From the NCBI GenBank assembly GCA_900318445.1, contig ONKO01000005.1:31631-95630 (forward strand): 64,000 nucleotides of DNA. The letters are read 5' to 3'. The translations under genes were made by a program, and so were the position numbers. Positions 21,601 to 30,694 of the stretch are shown piece by piece; within the stretch, counting starts at the first letter, position 1; each line of letters begins with the position of its first letter. The stretch comes from an uncultured Bacteroidales bacterium. Its GTDB lineage: Bacteria > Bacteroidota > Bacteroidia > Bacteroidales > UBA932. Below the pieces are notes generated by a model that saw only the letters and a program-made list of their open reading frames with translations, was not told the origin of the DNA and searched no databases.

Positions 21601-21837
21601 GATGGCCACAGCGGCATGCGCGGCATCAAAGGGAATGGAGAACAGGCGGGCGAAGAGCTGGAACACGGGGTTTCCCGGAGGATGGCCCACTTCCAGCTTA
21701 TACGACGATGCAATGAATTCTCCGCAGTCCCAGAACGATGCGGTGGGTTCTATCGTGGAAAGATAGGTGGCCGATGAGATGACCAGGACGGCCAGCGCCA
21801 CCCCCCAGTTCCACTTGTTGAAGGTTTTCTTGTCCAT
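18673..21837 (-). CDS. DUF2723 / TMEM260-like membrane glycosyltransferase
   Basis: SFWDCGEFI, VGHPPG, WFSAVEGEVY, RERDYAY, GDNDTFPLWY; likely start MDKKT, just after the -7 box at 21844-21851. Confidence 0.88.
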   Translation of the reverse strand: MDKKTFNKWNWGVALAVLVISSATYLSTIEPTASFWDCGEFIASSYKLEVGHPPGNPVFQLFARLFSIPFDAAHAAVAINAMNALLSALTVMFLYLTIVFFAQRLLADAPSSGAIKKAEAPEDGVSAISFSKAIAIFGAGAVGALAYCFSDTFWFSAVEGEVYAMSSLFTALVFWAMCRWYETADEPHANRWIVLIAFLMGLSIGVHLLNLLTIPAFVFMYYYRMNEGRKLSFGKLAGIFSIGVVIEFLLVYLFIPYLPKLAAFFDRIFVNGFGLPYNSGAVFFMVALLGLCFWALFSTLRSGKVFWNTVTLCVTTLVIGFSLFSIVIIRSSVKTPTNEYQPDNPYTLVRYLSREQYGSTPLLYGQYFDAPYDLTQDKYWAPLDGKYVKADAPADAAYRPEGKMLFPRMWSSADPRFVDFYESYTQGKGTRVKGATHRKPTFGANLAYFFDYQLNWMYWRYFMWNFVGRQNDIHSPVPGNVFYGNWESGIGFLDAVRLGDQSDAPSPLAGNKGKNHYFFLPLLLGLLGLVFQFDRDKRGSWLVFLMFFMTGIAIVLYLNQPPYQVRERDYAYAGSFYMFAIWIGLGVVALHEWLSASAFMKKVPAKAVACGVSVLCLGVPALMAAQNWDDHDRSHRYTAPEMAFNYLNSVGKNGMLVTHGDNDTFPLWYAQEIEGIRTDVRVVNTSLLGTDWYIDQMKWACNESAPLPLKVPARQYLYGTNEFVYIAYDDGSPMLLSDVMDVFRDPKMKVALENGLKLDFICARNLVIPVNRENCIKYGIVPEEFASEIPDSITLTISKDKNYISKPELFMLDLLSNYEWDRPLNLLNMGGDLNVGIKDYLMYDGFSYRFTPIRNKVSSTDAGRVDAIGLYEKMKTVYKWDALKRKDYFVDYQNMYTFLGVLSQRQLFLTVSNALIDAGETEKALEMLDMCQEVFPEENFPLESISVGFSGNDYMVAQIIENYYYLGESGKARELATRMGDELLETSRFFLEWGSLGRQEFETASRVLLYVADVCKQYGDKTLGTAMVDALEQLLHAASGSEYALEREDTLEVK

Positions 21838-21908
21838 AGAATACAAAGGTAAGTATTTTTTAGTTGTAGAAAAATGCTATCTTTGCGAAAATTTAAACCT
21901 ATACCAAT

Positions 21909-23399
21909 ATGTCACAGTATTTTTACGACATGATTCCCAAGGAGGAATTTGACAGGATTCCCTATCTTCCCACCATGGGACAATTTGTCGACTGGTTCAC
22001 AAAAGAGTACGCTTCCATGCCCGCTCTTTCTGATACCGTTAACACCATCAACTATGAAGAACTGGGCCACCGCGTGGCCCGCCGCCGCGCTTTCATCGAA
22101 GGCCTCGGCCTTCCCAAAGGCTCCCACATCGCCATCTTCGACCGCAACAGCCAGGATGCCATCGAACTGTTCCTGGCCGTCACCAGCGCCGGATACGTTG
22201 CCATGAATTTCCCCTCGGCCCTCCCTGAGATGGCCATCGTGGGTTCCTGCATGAAGTTTGACATTGCCGCCATCTTCGTCCGCGAGGAGTTCATGCCCCT
22301 CACCGGCAAGCTGCAGGGCGTGAAGGTGCTCCCCGCCGCCAGCATCGCCGAGACGGAGGCACCATCGGCCCAGATAGACCCCGAAAGCCCCGCCGCCATC
22401 TTCTTCACCGGAGGTACCACCGGCCAGCCCAAGGGTGCCGTCCTGAGCCACCGCGCCCTCATGAGAGGCAACTACAACGCCGTTTTCAAGCCCGGTAAGG
22501 TCATCGGCGTACACCGCTATATCGCCATTCTGCCCCTGAGCCATGTGTTCGGCCTCATCGCCGGCACCATGGGCTGCTTCTATACCGGCAACCTCATCTA
22601 CACCTGCGAGGACATGAAGGCAACCATCGGCAAGCTGCCGGTCCTGAAGCCCACCGTCCTCGTGATAGTGCCGGGCATCTGCGACATCCTCAGCGGTCTT
22701 GTGAAGATGTACGGTCCCCAGTTCCTGGGCGGCAGTCTCCGCATGATCATCGCCGGCGCCGCCAACGTGCCGCCGCGCCTGGTGGACATCTTCACCAAAC
22801 TGGGCGTTGAGTTCTGCTTCGGCTACGGCCTCACGGAGGGCGCCAACCTCACCAGCGCCAACGCCAATGCCGTGGAGAAGCCCACTTCCATCGGCAAGGT
22901 CTATCCCGGTCAGGAGACCAAGGTGGTGGACGGTGAGCTCTGGATCAAGGGAGACAACGTCTTCTCCGGCTACTACAAGGATCCCGAAAAGACGGCCGAG
23001 GCCCTTACCCCCGACGGCTGGCTCCGCACCGGAGACCTCGTGCACTTTGACGAGGAAGGCTTCCTCTACATCACCGGACGCATCAAAAACCTCATCATCC
23101 TCGCTAACGGAGAGAATGTGAGCCCCGAGACCCTCGAGGAGCCCTTCTATGCAGACCCCTGCGTGCGCGACGCCATGGTAAAGGAGGACGAATTCAACGG
23201 CCGCCAGGTAATCGCCATCGAAATCCTGCCCTTCATGCCTGCCTTTGACGGCAAGCCCTGGGAAGAAGTGGAGGCTTACATGAACGCCCTGGTAAAAAAG
23301 GTGAACGCAACGCTTCCCAGCACCCATCAGATTGTGAAAGTAACCGTACGCACGGAGGACTTCAAGCGTACGGGCAGCATGAAAGTATCGCGCATATGA
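21909..23399 (+). CDS. AMP-binding acyl-CoA/acyl-ACP synthetase
   Basis: FTGGTTGQPKG, GYGLTE, WLRTGDL, GRIKNLII; -7 box at 21878-21885. Confidence 0.9.
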   Translation: MSQYFYDMIPKEEFDRIPYLPTMGQFVDWFTKEYASMPALSDTVNTINYEELGHRVARRRAFIEGLGLPKGSHIAIFDRNSQDAIELFLAVTSAGYVAMNFPSALPEMAIVGSCMKFDIAAIFVREEFMPLTGKLQGVKVLPAASIAETEAPSAQIDPESPAAIFFTGGTTGQPKGAVLSHRALMRGNYNAVFKPGKVIGVHRYIAILPLSHVFGLIAGTMGCFYTGNLIYTCEDMKATIGKLPVLKPTVLVIVPGICDILSGLVKMYGPQFLGGSLRMIIAGAANVPPRLVDIFTKLGVEFCFGYGLTEGANLTSANANAVEKPTSIGKVYPGQETKVVDGELWIKGDNVFSGYYKDPEKTAEALTPDGWLRTGDLVHFDEEGFLYITGRIKNLIILANGENVSPETLEEPFYADPCVRDAMVKEDEFNGRQVIAIEILPFMPAFDGKPWEEVEAYMNALVKKVNATLPSTHQIVKVTVRTEDFKRTGSMKVSRI

Positions 23400-23638
23400 C
23401 ACGGGAAGAAGTATTTGAAGGACTCAAGGAAATCCTCACGAACATCCGCCCCAACACAGACCTGAGCAAAGCCGGTTTCGAGACCGAACTTGTCCGGGAA
23501 CTGGGAGTGGACTCGCTTACCATGCTCATCCTGTCGCTGGCCGCCGAGGAAAAGTTCGGCATGCACTTCCCCGACGGCGCCCCCGCCCCCTTTACGGTGG
23601 GAGACGTCTGCGACGCCGTGCTGGCAGCACAGAAGTAA
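23396..23638 (+). CDS. acyl carrier protein
   Basis: LGVDSL phosphopantetheine site; ATGA overlap with the ligase gene. Confidence 0.88.
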   Translation: MTREEVFEGLKEILTNIRPNTDLSKAGFETELVRELGVDSLTMLILSLAAEEKFGMHFPDGAPAPFTVGDVCDAVLAAQK

Positions 23639-23655
23639 CCTCCGCGAACCGCATC

Positions 23656-23745
23656 TAATCGGCTCTACATCAACGTATTAGTAAAATCTCTTTAGGCTGC
23701 TCGGCCTAAAGAGATTTTATTATAGTACTAATAATCAACCATTTA
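23656..23745. repeat. 90-bp element, core type A (copy 3)
   Basis: TAAtcggcTCTACATCAacgtaTTA + GTAAAATCTCTTTAGGCTGCTCGGCCTAAAGAGATTTTAT + tatagtacTAATAATCAaccatTTA. Confidence 0.88.
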
Positions 23746-23813
23746 CATGCAGTGCGCAATGATAGACATTTATGGGAAAAGTTGTATATTTGCAGGTTAC
23801 TAAACCAAACGTG

Positions 23814-24944
23814 ATGCTAAATCTGACCATTGTTCCCGTAAAAGGGAAGCGTATGCTGCGGCAGTTCATCCAGTTTCCCCTGGATCTTTATAAGGATTGT
23901 GACAAGTGGGTGCCCGCTTTCGAGGACGACGAATACAAGTCCCTGGGCCCGGAGAATCCCTCCCTCTCGTTCTGCGACAGGGAACTCTACCTCGCCTTCC
24001 GCGGGGAAGAAGTGGTGGGCCGGGTCGCTGCCATCATCAACCACAACGCCAACAAGAAGTGGGGAGAGGAAGTGGTGCGCTTTGGCTGGATAGACTTCGT
24101 GGAAGACTTCGAGGTGGCCAAAGCCCTCGTGGATACCGTGGCCGATTGGGGCAAAGCCCGCGGCGCCACCAAGATCAAGGGTCCCCTGGGCTTCACCGAT
24201 ATGGACCGCGAAGGCCTTCTGGTAGAAGGTTTTGAGAACGAGAGTCCCTTCACGGTTATCTATAACTACCCCTATTACGGCGAATTCCTGGAGCGAATGG
24301 GCTTCACCAAAGACGCCGACTGGACGCAGCGTTTCATCGAGTTCTCCGACAAACTGCCCTCCATGTTCCAGTACGCAGACCTGGTGGAAAAGCGCTACGG
24401 CGTACACATTTACCGCGCCTCCACGCTGCGCAAGATGGCCCGCCGCGGCCGTGAGATGTTCCACGTGCTCAACAGTGCCTTCGCCGGCCTGTACGAGTAC
24501 AGCCAGCTCTCCAAGGAGCAGATAGACGGCTATGTCAAGCAGTATGTCCCCGTTCTCAACAAGGACATGGTAGCTTTCGTGGTCAATGACAAGGACGAAC
24601 TCGTCGCCTTCACGGTAACCATGCCGCACATCAGCGCTGGCGTCCGCAAGGCCAAAGGCCGTATCTTCCCCTTTGGCTGGATGCACATCCTGCCCGAGCT
24701 CAATCCCCGGAAAAATCACATGGCCGAAGGCCTCCTCATCGGCGTACTCCCTGAATATCAGACCAAGGGGGCAGCCCTTCTCATGTTCAAGTACCTGCAC
24801 GAGAACTTTATCAAACTGGGAATCAAGCGCATGCTGCTTAACCCCCAGCTCGAAGAGAATCACAAGGTGCAAACCTTGTTCGGCGACTATGATCCCAAGC
24901 CCTACCAGCGCCGCCGCTCATACGTAAAAGCGATTACCCTGTAA
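23814..24944 (+). CDS. YghO-like tandem-GNAT acyltransferase (bacterial ceramide synthase-like)
   Basis: FIQFPLDLY, VVGRVAAIIN, RFGWIDF, GPLGFTDMDREGLLVEGF, YNYPYY, PQLEENHKV. A -7 box at 23785-23792 argues for a start at 23811/23814 rather than 23772. Confidence 0.75.
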   Translation: MLNLTIVPVKGKRMLRQFIQFPLDLYKDCDKWVPAFEDDEYKSLGPENPSLSFCDRELYLAFRGEEVVGRVAAIINHNANKKWGEEVVRFGWIDFVEDFEVAKALVDTVADWGKARGATKIKGPLGFTDMDREGLLVEGFENESPFTVIYNYPYYGEFLERMGFTKDADWTQRFIEFSDKLPSMFQYADLVEKRYGVHIYRASTLRKMARRGREMFHVLNSAFAGLYEYSQLSKEQIDGYVKQYVPVLNKDMVAFVVNDKDELVAFTVTMPHISAGVRKAKGRIFPFGWMHILPELNPRKNHMAEGLLIGVLPEYQTKGAALLMFKYLHENFIKLGIKRMLLNPQLEENHKVQTLFGDYDPKPYQRRRSYVKAITL

Positions 24945-25031
24945 ACGCTTGATTATTAGCACTCTAACAAAATCTCTTTAGGCCGATCAGCCTAAAGAGA
25001 AAAACATAGAACATTGATAATAAACAGTTTA
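24942..25031. repeat. 90-bp element, core type A (copy 4; first TAA is the GNAT stop codon)
   Basis: TAAacgctTGATTATTAgcactCTA + core TCTCTTTAGGCCGATCAGCCTAAAGAGA + tagaacatTGATAATAAacagtTTA. Confidence 0.88.
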
Positions 25032-25044
25032 GGCGGGGTGCGCA

Positions 25045-25743
25045 TTATTTTTCGCCGATGAACATACGGCAAAGGCCGAAGGTGAAGGCTTTGTGGCGGA
25101 CGCGGGAGAAGCCGGCATCGGCCATCATGGCGCAGAAGGCCTGCGGGGAAGGAAATGCGTGCACGGAGGCGGGGAGATACTGATAGGCAGCCCTGTTGCC
25201 GGAGATGAGCCCGCCAATCCAGGGCAGAATGTGCATGAAGTAGAGGTCATACAGCCAGCGGACGGTCTTGTTCCGGGGAACGGACAGTTCCAGGATGACC
25301 GCCTTTCCGCCGGGTTTCAGCACCCTGTAGAACTCCTGAAGGCCTTTCTCCTTGTGTTCGAAGTTCCGGATGCCGAAAGCACAGGTGACCCGGTGGAAGC
25401 TTCCCTCTTCATACGGGAGGTTTTCGCCATCGGCTACCTGTAGACGGATGCGGTCGTGCACGCCCTCATGCGCGGCCTTTTCCATGACAAGGGCCATCAT
25501 GCCCTCGGAGATATCGGCCCCGATCACCCGCGAGCCGGAACCCGCAGCGGCGGCAATGGCAATGGTGCTGTCCCCGGTGCCGCACGCTACGTCCAGGATC
25601 TGCTGCGGCGTCCCGTCCACAATCTCCTTGAGCGCATGCTTTCGCCAGAGCTTGTCCACATTCAGGGACATGACATGGTTCAACTTATCGTAAGACGGAG
25701 CAATTCCGTCAAACATTTCCTGGATTTTCTCTTTTTTGGGCAT
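25045..25743 (-). CDS. ubiE: demethylmenaquinone methyltransferase UbiE/MenG
   Basis: MFDGIAPSYDKLNH, LDVACGTGD, FGIRN, RVLKPGG. Confidence 0.92.
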   Translation of the reverse strand: MPKKEKIQEMFDGIAPSYDKLNHVMSLNVDKLWRKHALKEIVDGTPQQILDVACGTGDSTIAIAAAAGSGSRVIGADISEGMMALVMEKAAHEGVHDRIRLQVADGENLPYEEGSFHRVTCAFGIRNFEHKEKGLQEFYRVLKPGGKAVILELSVPRNKTVRWLYDLYFMHILPWIGGLISGNRAAYQYLPASVHAFPSPQAFCAMMADAGFSRVRHKAFTFGLCRMFIGEK

Positions 25744-25767
25744 GTCTTTAATTCGAAGTGACTTAAA

Positions 25768-25870
25768 GCGACCATCAGGTCGCCGGCCGGGCCCGGGATT
25801 TTTCGCAGAAAAATCGTAGAGGGCGAAAAGGCCGCAGGGGGATAATAGGGGGGCAGCGCCCCCCTCTACG
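25768..25870. repeat. cluster of short hairpins including a GTAG-footed REP-like palindrome
   Basis: Minus strand GTAG-AGGGGGGC-gct-GCCCCCCT (25869-25847); also GCGACC/GGTCGC and GATTTTTC/GAAAAATC stems. Confidence 0.6.
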
Positions 25871-26099
25871 GTACAGGATCATAACCGCTCCCGCCCCAGG
25901 GGTGGCAGCGGAGAATTCGTCTCACGGAAAGATACAGCCCCTTGAAGGGGCCATGCTTGCGAAACGCTTCCAGGGCATACTGGGAGCACGTGGGAGTAAA
26001 GCGGCACGACGGCGGCGTAAAGGGGCTGATGCACACCTGATAGAACTTGATGAGCACCACCGCCGGGAAAATAAGGATATTCTTAAGCGTTGGATGCAT
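25866..26099 (-). CDS. yidD: membrane protein insertion efficiency factor
   Basis: [27 protein letters not shown]. Confidence 0.95.
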   Translation of the reverse strand: MHPTLKNILIFPAVVLIKFYQVCISPFTPPSCRFTPTCSQYALEAFRKHGPFKGLYLSVRRILRCHPWGGSGYDPVP

Positions 26100-26448
26100 G
26101 GGCGATGGCGGTAAGGGCGGCAGTCATGTCGGCATAGACAGCCTCGTAGGGAAAGACTTCCCGGGAGGTATACACAAACAGGACGTCCACACCGGAGCCC
26201 AGCAGCGCTTTCTGCCTGCGGTAACTCTCGCGGATGCGGCGTTTGAGAAGATTGCGCTTAACGGCGCGTTTGAAGTTTCGCTTGGGGACCGATACCACAA
26301 TGCGTGAAAGGTCTTCCGACCCTTCACGAACGAGATACTTGCACCGGAGGCACCCGGCCGTTACACCCTTGCCATGCTCGAACAGTTCTGCGACGGTTAC
26401 AGCACCGCAGAGACGTTCGCTTTTAGTAAGGGTTTCATCGGCCATCAT
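26083..26448 (-). CDS. rnpA: RNase P protein component
   Basis: [22 protein letters not shown]. Confidence 0.9.
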   Translation of the reverse strand: MMADETLTKSERLCGAVTVAELFEHGKGVTAGCLRCKYLVREGSEDLSRIVVSVPKRNFKRAVKRNLLKRRIRESYRRQKALLGSGVDVLFVYTSREVFPYEAVYADMTAALTAIAHASNA

Positions 26449-26451
26449 GCA

Positions 26452-27192
26452 TTAAAGGCTTTCCAGGTAGAGTTCGATGGCACGGGCCACCGAAGGGGCT
26501 TCCGGAGAGGGAGCCTTTACGTCGATGCGAAGGCCTGCTTCCTCCATGGCCTTCACGATGGAACGGCCATAGGAAACCATCTTGATGTCTCCCTGCTTGA
26601 AATCCGGAAAATTCTCCTGGAGAGATTTGACGTCGGCGGGGTTGTAGAAGACAATCATGTCAAAGTCTTCCAGCTTGATGTCCTTGAGGTCATTGCTCAC
26701 GGGCTTCACGAACACGCCGGTGGAATACTCCAGTTCACGTTCCTGGAAGAGCCCGGCCAGGGCATCTACGGAAGAGCCTTCGGTCATGGTGATGAGGAAC
26801 TTCTCCCCCTTGTGCTTGGGGCCGATGAGCGTAACCACGCTCTCCGGGGTTCCGTCTCCGAAGAATATCTTGCGCTTGCGGTATACGATGTGCTTCTGCA
26901 GGTACATAGCCACGGCTTCCGTGGTGCAGAAGTACTTCATGGTCTCGGGGATTTTCACCCGCAGTTCCTCCGCCAGGGAGAAAAAGGCGTCAATGACGTG
27001 ACGGGAAGAAAACACAATAGCCGAATACTCCAGGAAGTTGATGCGCTGGGCACGGAACTCACGGGAAGTGAGGGGTTCAATCCTGAAAAAGGGAGTAAAT
27101 TGGAACTGGGCGCCGAACTTCTCCGTTACGGCCTGATATTGTGTGAGAACGCGCGGAGCGTTCTGGGATACCAAAATCTTCTGGATGCTCAT
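26452..27192 (-). CDS. hemD: uroporphyrinogen-III synthase-like protein
   Basis: Bacteroidota HemD pattern (ILVSQ, YFCTTEAVAMYLQKHIVYRKRKIFFG); DUF4271-hemD-rnpA-yidD synteny. Confidence 0.8.
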   Translation of the reverse strand: MSIQKILVSQNAPRVLTQYQAVTEKFGAQFQFTPFFRIEPLTSREFRAQRINFLEYSAIVFSSRHVIDAFFSLAEELRVKIPETMKYFCTTEAVAMYLQKHIVYRKRKIFFGDGTPESVVTLIGPKHKGEKFLITMTEGSSVDALAGLFQERELEYSTGVFVKPVSNDLKDIKLEDFDMIVFYNPADVKSLQENFPDFKQGDIKMVSYGRSIVKAMEEAGLRIDVKAPSPEAPSVARAIELYLESL

Positions 27193-27210
27193 TTTTCTTT
27201 CTACTTCTCT

Positions 27211-27921
27211 CTACAGTACGATTGCCGAAACGATTAATGCCGCACTGGGCAAAATTTCGAGCGCGCAAAGGTACAAAAAAGTTCGCAAAGGATTGCAAAA
27301 TAATGCTAATATTTGCGCACGACGAACAAGAAAAGCGAAATATAAAGTGAAGATTTCAACTTGCAGAACTTTCTGAATAACAGCATTTTCGCATCCAAAA
27401 AGTGCTAAAACACCCGTTGTAAGCAGTGCTAATACTACCAGCAGGATAAAATACGTGTAGGCTGTACGCCGCGACAGGCAGTAAAAGTCATTATTGCGCC
27501 GCGGCTTCAGAAAGGAATACATGGCAAGCCTCACAAGGGCAAAAACGGCAAACACGCCAATGAGCACCGGCAGGCGCCATTCCTCTCCCCAGATATACAG
27601 GAAGGCGGCGTCGTACACCTTGTAATAATACGTGAGGAGCGCTGCAGGCAGCAGCAGCACAAATGCTACCAGCCTGCGGTCATTGCTGGCGCGGACGCTG
27701 CTTTCCAGCGAAACGCTGCCGCGGGCCCTGAACAGGCTGTCAAAAAGCAGCGGTGCCAGGCTCAGGAACCGGGGTAAAAAGGCAATGGCGGCCAGGATAA
27801 AAGCCACCGCCAGGCCGATGAACAGCACAGAAAAACCCTCCGGTGTTACAGGGGGTTGTCCGGAAGGGGTTTGTTCCAGCAGCAGACGACTGCTGGTAAA
27901 AGGCTCTTGGAGCAGCATCAA
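27211..27921 (-). CDS. DUF4271 membrane protein
   Basis: Multi-TM, C-terminal FLYLCALEILP, upstream of hemD. Confidence 0.75.
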   Translation of the reverse strand: MMLLQEPFTSSRLLLEQTPSGQPPVTPEGFSVLFIGLAVAFILAAIAFLPRFLSLAPLLFDSLFRARGSVSLESSVRASNDRRLVAFVLLLPAALLTYYYKVYDAAFLYIWGEEWRLPVLIGVFAVFALVRLAMYSFLKPRRNNDFYCLSRRTAYTYFILLVVLALLTTGVLALFGCENAVIQKVLQVEIFTLYFAFLVRRAQILALFCNPLRTFLYLCALEILPSAALIVSAIVL

Positions 27922-28259
27922 TTTCCTCTTTTGGCGTTGTAGCCCAAGCCCTGCAAAATAGATACCACTTTGTCACGAAAATCTCCCTGGATGGTGATTT
28001 CTCCGTCTTTTGCGCTGCCTCCAACGCCAAGTTTGGTCTTGAGCGTGCGGCCCAGTTCCTTGAGGTCATCGGCCTTTCCCACAAAACCGGTAATGAGCGT
28101 TACCTGTTTGCCGCCACGGTTGCGGCGGTCGATCCCCACGATAAGACGCTGACGGGACGGAGGAAGCGTCTCTGCCTCCTCCGTCTCCGCGGTCGTGTAC
28201 TTAAAGTCCGGGTTGGTGGAGAAAACCACACCCAGCCTGTCTTTCCAGTCGTTCTCCAT
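27918..28259 (-). CDS. SUI1/YciH translation factor
   Basis: VFSTNPDF, RGGKQVT, LKTKLGVGGSAKDGEITIQGD. Confidence 0.92.
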   Translation of the reverse strand: MENDWKDRLGVVFSTNPDFKYTTAETEEAETLPPSRQRLIVGIDRRNRGGKQVTLITGFVGKADDLKELGRTLKTKLGVGGSAKDGEITIQGDFRDKVVSILQGLGYNAKRGN

Positions 28260-28261
28260 GC

Positions 28262-30694
28262 CTAACGGTTTCTGTCTGCCGCCTGAGCCAGTGAGCGCAG
28301 GTGGGCGTTCAACTTGTCATTGCCCACCAGGCTTTCCAGCGTGCAGTGCATGCGGTAGCGCCAGTAGTGACGGGGGATGGCCGGGATGTTGATGCGTTCA
28401 TCGGCCGGATTTCCCTGATACCGGACCTCTCCGTCGGTGGCCAGCCAGTCCTGCAGGGGCAGGATGGCGAGCATGGCGGGCGAATGCATATGCTGGCCGA
28501 TGATAAGGTCTGCCACCCAGGGCTCGCAGAAATAGGGGGCGTCTCCCTCGCAGCCCAGCACCTCGTTATAGTAGCGCTGGGTGAGGGCACGGTCCTCTTC
28601 CCACCATGCCCGAAGGGGTGAGGTGTCATGCGTTCCCGTAGCGCAGACGCACCAGTAAGGATAGCTGCCGGGATGGCCGAAGGCATCGCGCGGATCCTTG
28701 GGCATACGCTGGATTTCCAGGCTCAGGATGTTCAGCTGTTCCATCACGGAAGGCACGCAGGCGGGAATCATGCCCAGGTCTTCGCCGCAGGCCAGCATGC
28801 CGGTGGAGCGCAGGAGGGCCGGAAGCTTGCGAAGCGCGCTCTCCCGCCAGAAGTCGTTGTGACGATGCCAGAAGAAATCTTCCGAGAGCTTGTCATACCG
28901 ATACTTCATCTCGGGGGAAAGCCAGGCATACTGCTGAGTCTTGTTGCCGGAAATGCGCGGATGCCAGTGGTCCTTCTCGCGGGGATCTTCCACAAACAGG
29001 ACATCGGTTCCCTCCCCTTCTCCGGGACGGAATCCCTGCGCACGGAGCTCGTCTCCGGAATAGGGCAGCGCCGGATTGAAATGGCCCATGAGCCCGCTCT
29101 TATACTGGGACGGAATTTCCCAGATGCGGAAGAACCCGAGGATGTGGTCAATGCGGAACGCATCGAAATACTGGGACATCTTGCTCATGCGGGCACGCCA
29201 CCAGGCATAATTGTCCTGGGCCATTCTCTCCCAGTTGTAGGTGGGAAATCCCCAGTTCTGGCCGTCCTCGGCAAAAGCGTCCGGCGGGGCGCCGGCCTGG
29301 CTGTCCAGGTGGAACAGTTCCGGGTGCTGCCAGGCATCCACGCTCACGCGGGATACGCCGATGGGAAGGTCTCCCTTGAGGGCGACACCATGAAGGTGCG
29401 CATACTGGACGGCTTCTCTGAGCTGGGCGTCCAGGACAAACTGCAGATAGCAGTAGAAGCCAACCTCGGCCGCATTCTCCTGGGCGAAAGCCGCCACCTT
29501 GCGGGCGCTGTATACGGCCATTTTGCCCCATTTCTCAAAGTCCGGACTGCCGTGCTGGTCCCGGAGCACGCTGAATACGGCATACGGAAGCAGCCAGTCC
29601 TCGTTGGACTTTACAAAGGCCCTGTACTCCGGCGACTCCAGGGCCTTTTTCCCCTTCGCACCCTTGTAAAGGCTTTTCATGAGTTCAAGTTTAGCGGCAT
29701 TCACCGCTTCGTAATCGATAGCCGGAAGGGCTTCCAGTTCCTCCTTTCTGGCCTTGTAGGCAGCATCTTCCTTCACGCCGGCGGCGGGCAGGTGGATAAA
29801 CTGCGGATGCAGGGCGAAGGAGCTCACCGCATTGTACGGATAGGAGTCCTGCCAGGTATGGGTCATGGTGGTGTCGTTGATAGGCAGAAGCTGCACGACG
29901 CTCTGGCCGGTTTTCACCGCCCAGTCCACCAAATGTTTGATGTCATTGAATTCGCCCACGCCGAAGCTTTCCTCCGAGCGGAGGGAGAAGACGGGGACGG
30001 CAATGCCGGTGCCTCTCCACGGGCGGGTGGGGAACGTGGGCTGGATATCGGCTATGACCAGCTGCGTATCCTGCGGGGGCACCTCCCCGAAGAAATGGTT
30101 GGGGCCTTCCTCCCACAGTTTGATTTCCAGGGTTTTGCTGTCCACGATGACAAACTTGTACTCCATGGGCTCGGTGATATCCAGGGAGATCACCCACCAG
30201 GGGAAGGTTGCGTCGGAGAGCAGATGGACCTTCTTCCAGTCTCCCAGTTCGCGCCCCGATCCCACGAGACCAACGGACTCGCTGCTGCGGACCTCGGGGG
30301 CAGGGATGCGGATACACACGTTGCCAAGGCCCGGAGCCTCCCCCCGGGGATGGCGGAAGGAAGCGCCGTCCGGGCGGCGGAAGATAACGTCGCTGAAGGC
30401 CGATGCGTAGAAGGCGGAATTGGCTGGACGTCCTTTCCACTGCGAGCGCACGATGATATTCTTCTGGGCCGACGGGGAATTGAAGCGATGGACGCGCCAT
30501 TCGCGCTCCACCACCTTTCCCTCACGGACAACCTCGAAGGTGAAATAATCACCGTCGTGGATGTCGCGGCCATTCAGCATAATCTGCCAGAGGCCTCCGA
30601 AGGAGTATTCCATGGGAATACGGCGTTTGCCGATGCGGAGCTGGATGTTTTCGCCCCACTGTGTATGATACTGGAGTTGGATGTTTGTGGTCAT
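28262..30694 (-). CDS. malQ: 4-alpha-glucanotransferase (GH77 with N-terminal CBM20-like domains)
   Basis: QLLPINDT, KGDLPIG, GAPPD, QNWGFPTYNW, RIDHILGFFR, GEDLG, THD; start MTTNI. Confidence 0.92.
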   Translation of the reverse strand: MTTNIQLQYHTQWGENIQLRIGKRRIPMEYSFGGLWQIMLNGRDIHDGDYFTFEVVREGKVVEREWRVHRFNSPSAQKNIIVRSQWKGRPANSAFYASAFSDVIFRRPDGASFRHPRGEAPGLGNVCIRIPAPEVRSSESVGLVGSGRELGDWKKVHLLSDATFPWWVISLDITEPMEYKFVIVDSKTLEIKLWEEGPNHFFGEVPPQDTQLVIADIQPTFPTRPWRGTGIAVPVFSLRSEESFGVGEFNDIKHLVDWAVKTGQSVVQLLPINDTTMTHTWQDSYPYNAVSSFALHPQFIHLPAAGVKEDAAYKARKEELEALPAIDYEAVNAAKLELMKSLYKGAKGKKALESPEYRAFVKSNEDWLLPYAVFSVLRDQHGSPDFEKWGKMAVYSARKVAAFAQENAAEVGFYCYLQFVLDAQLREAVQYAHLHGVALKGDLPIGVSRVSVDAWQHPELFHLDSQAGAPPDAFAEDGQNWGFPTYNWERMAQDNYAWWRARMSKMSQYFDAFRIDHILGFFRIWEIPSQYKSGLMGHFNPALPYSGDELRAQGFRPGEGEGTDVLFVEDPREKDHWHPRISGNKTQQYAWLSPEMKYRYDKLSEDFFWHRHNDFWRESALRKLPALLRSTGMLACGEDLGMIPACVPSVMEQLNILSLEIQRMPKDPRDAFGHPGSYPYWCVCATGTHDTSPLRAWWEEDRALTQRYYNEVLGCEGDAPYFCEPWVADLIIGQHMHSPAMLAILPLQDWLATDGEVRYQGNPADERINIPAIPRHYWRYRMHCTLESLVGNDKLNAHLRSLAQAADRNR

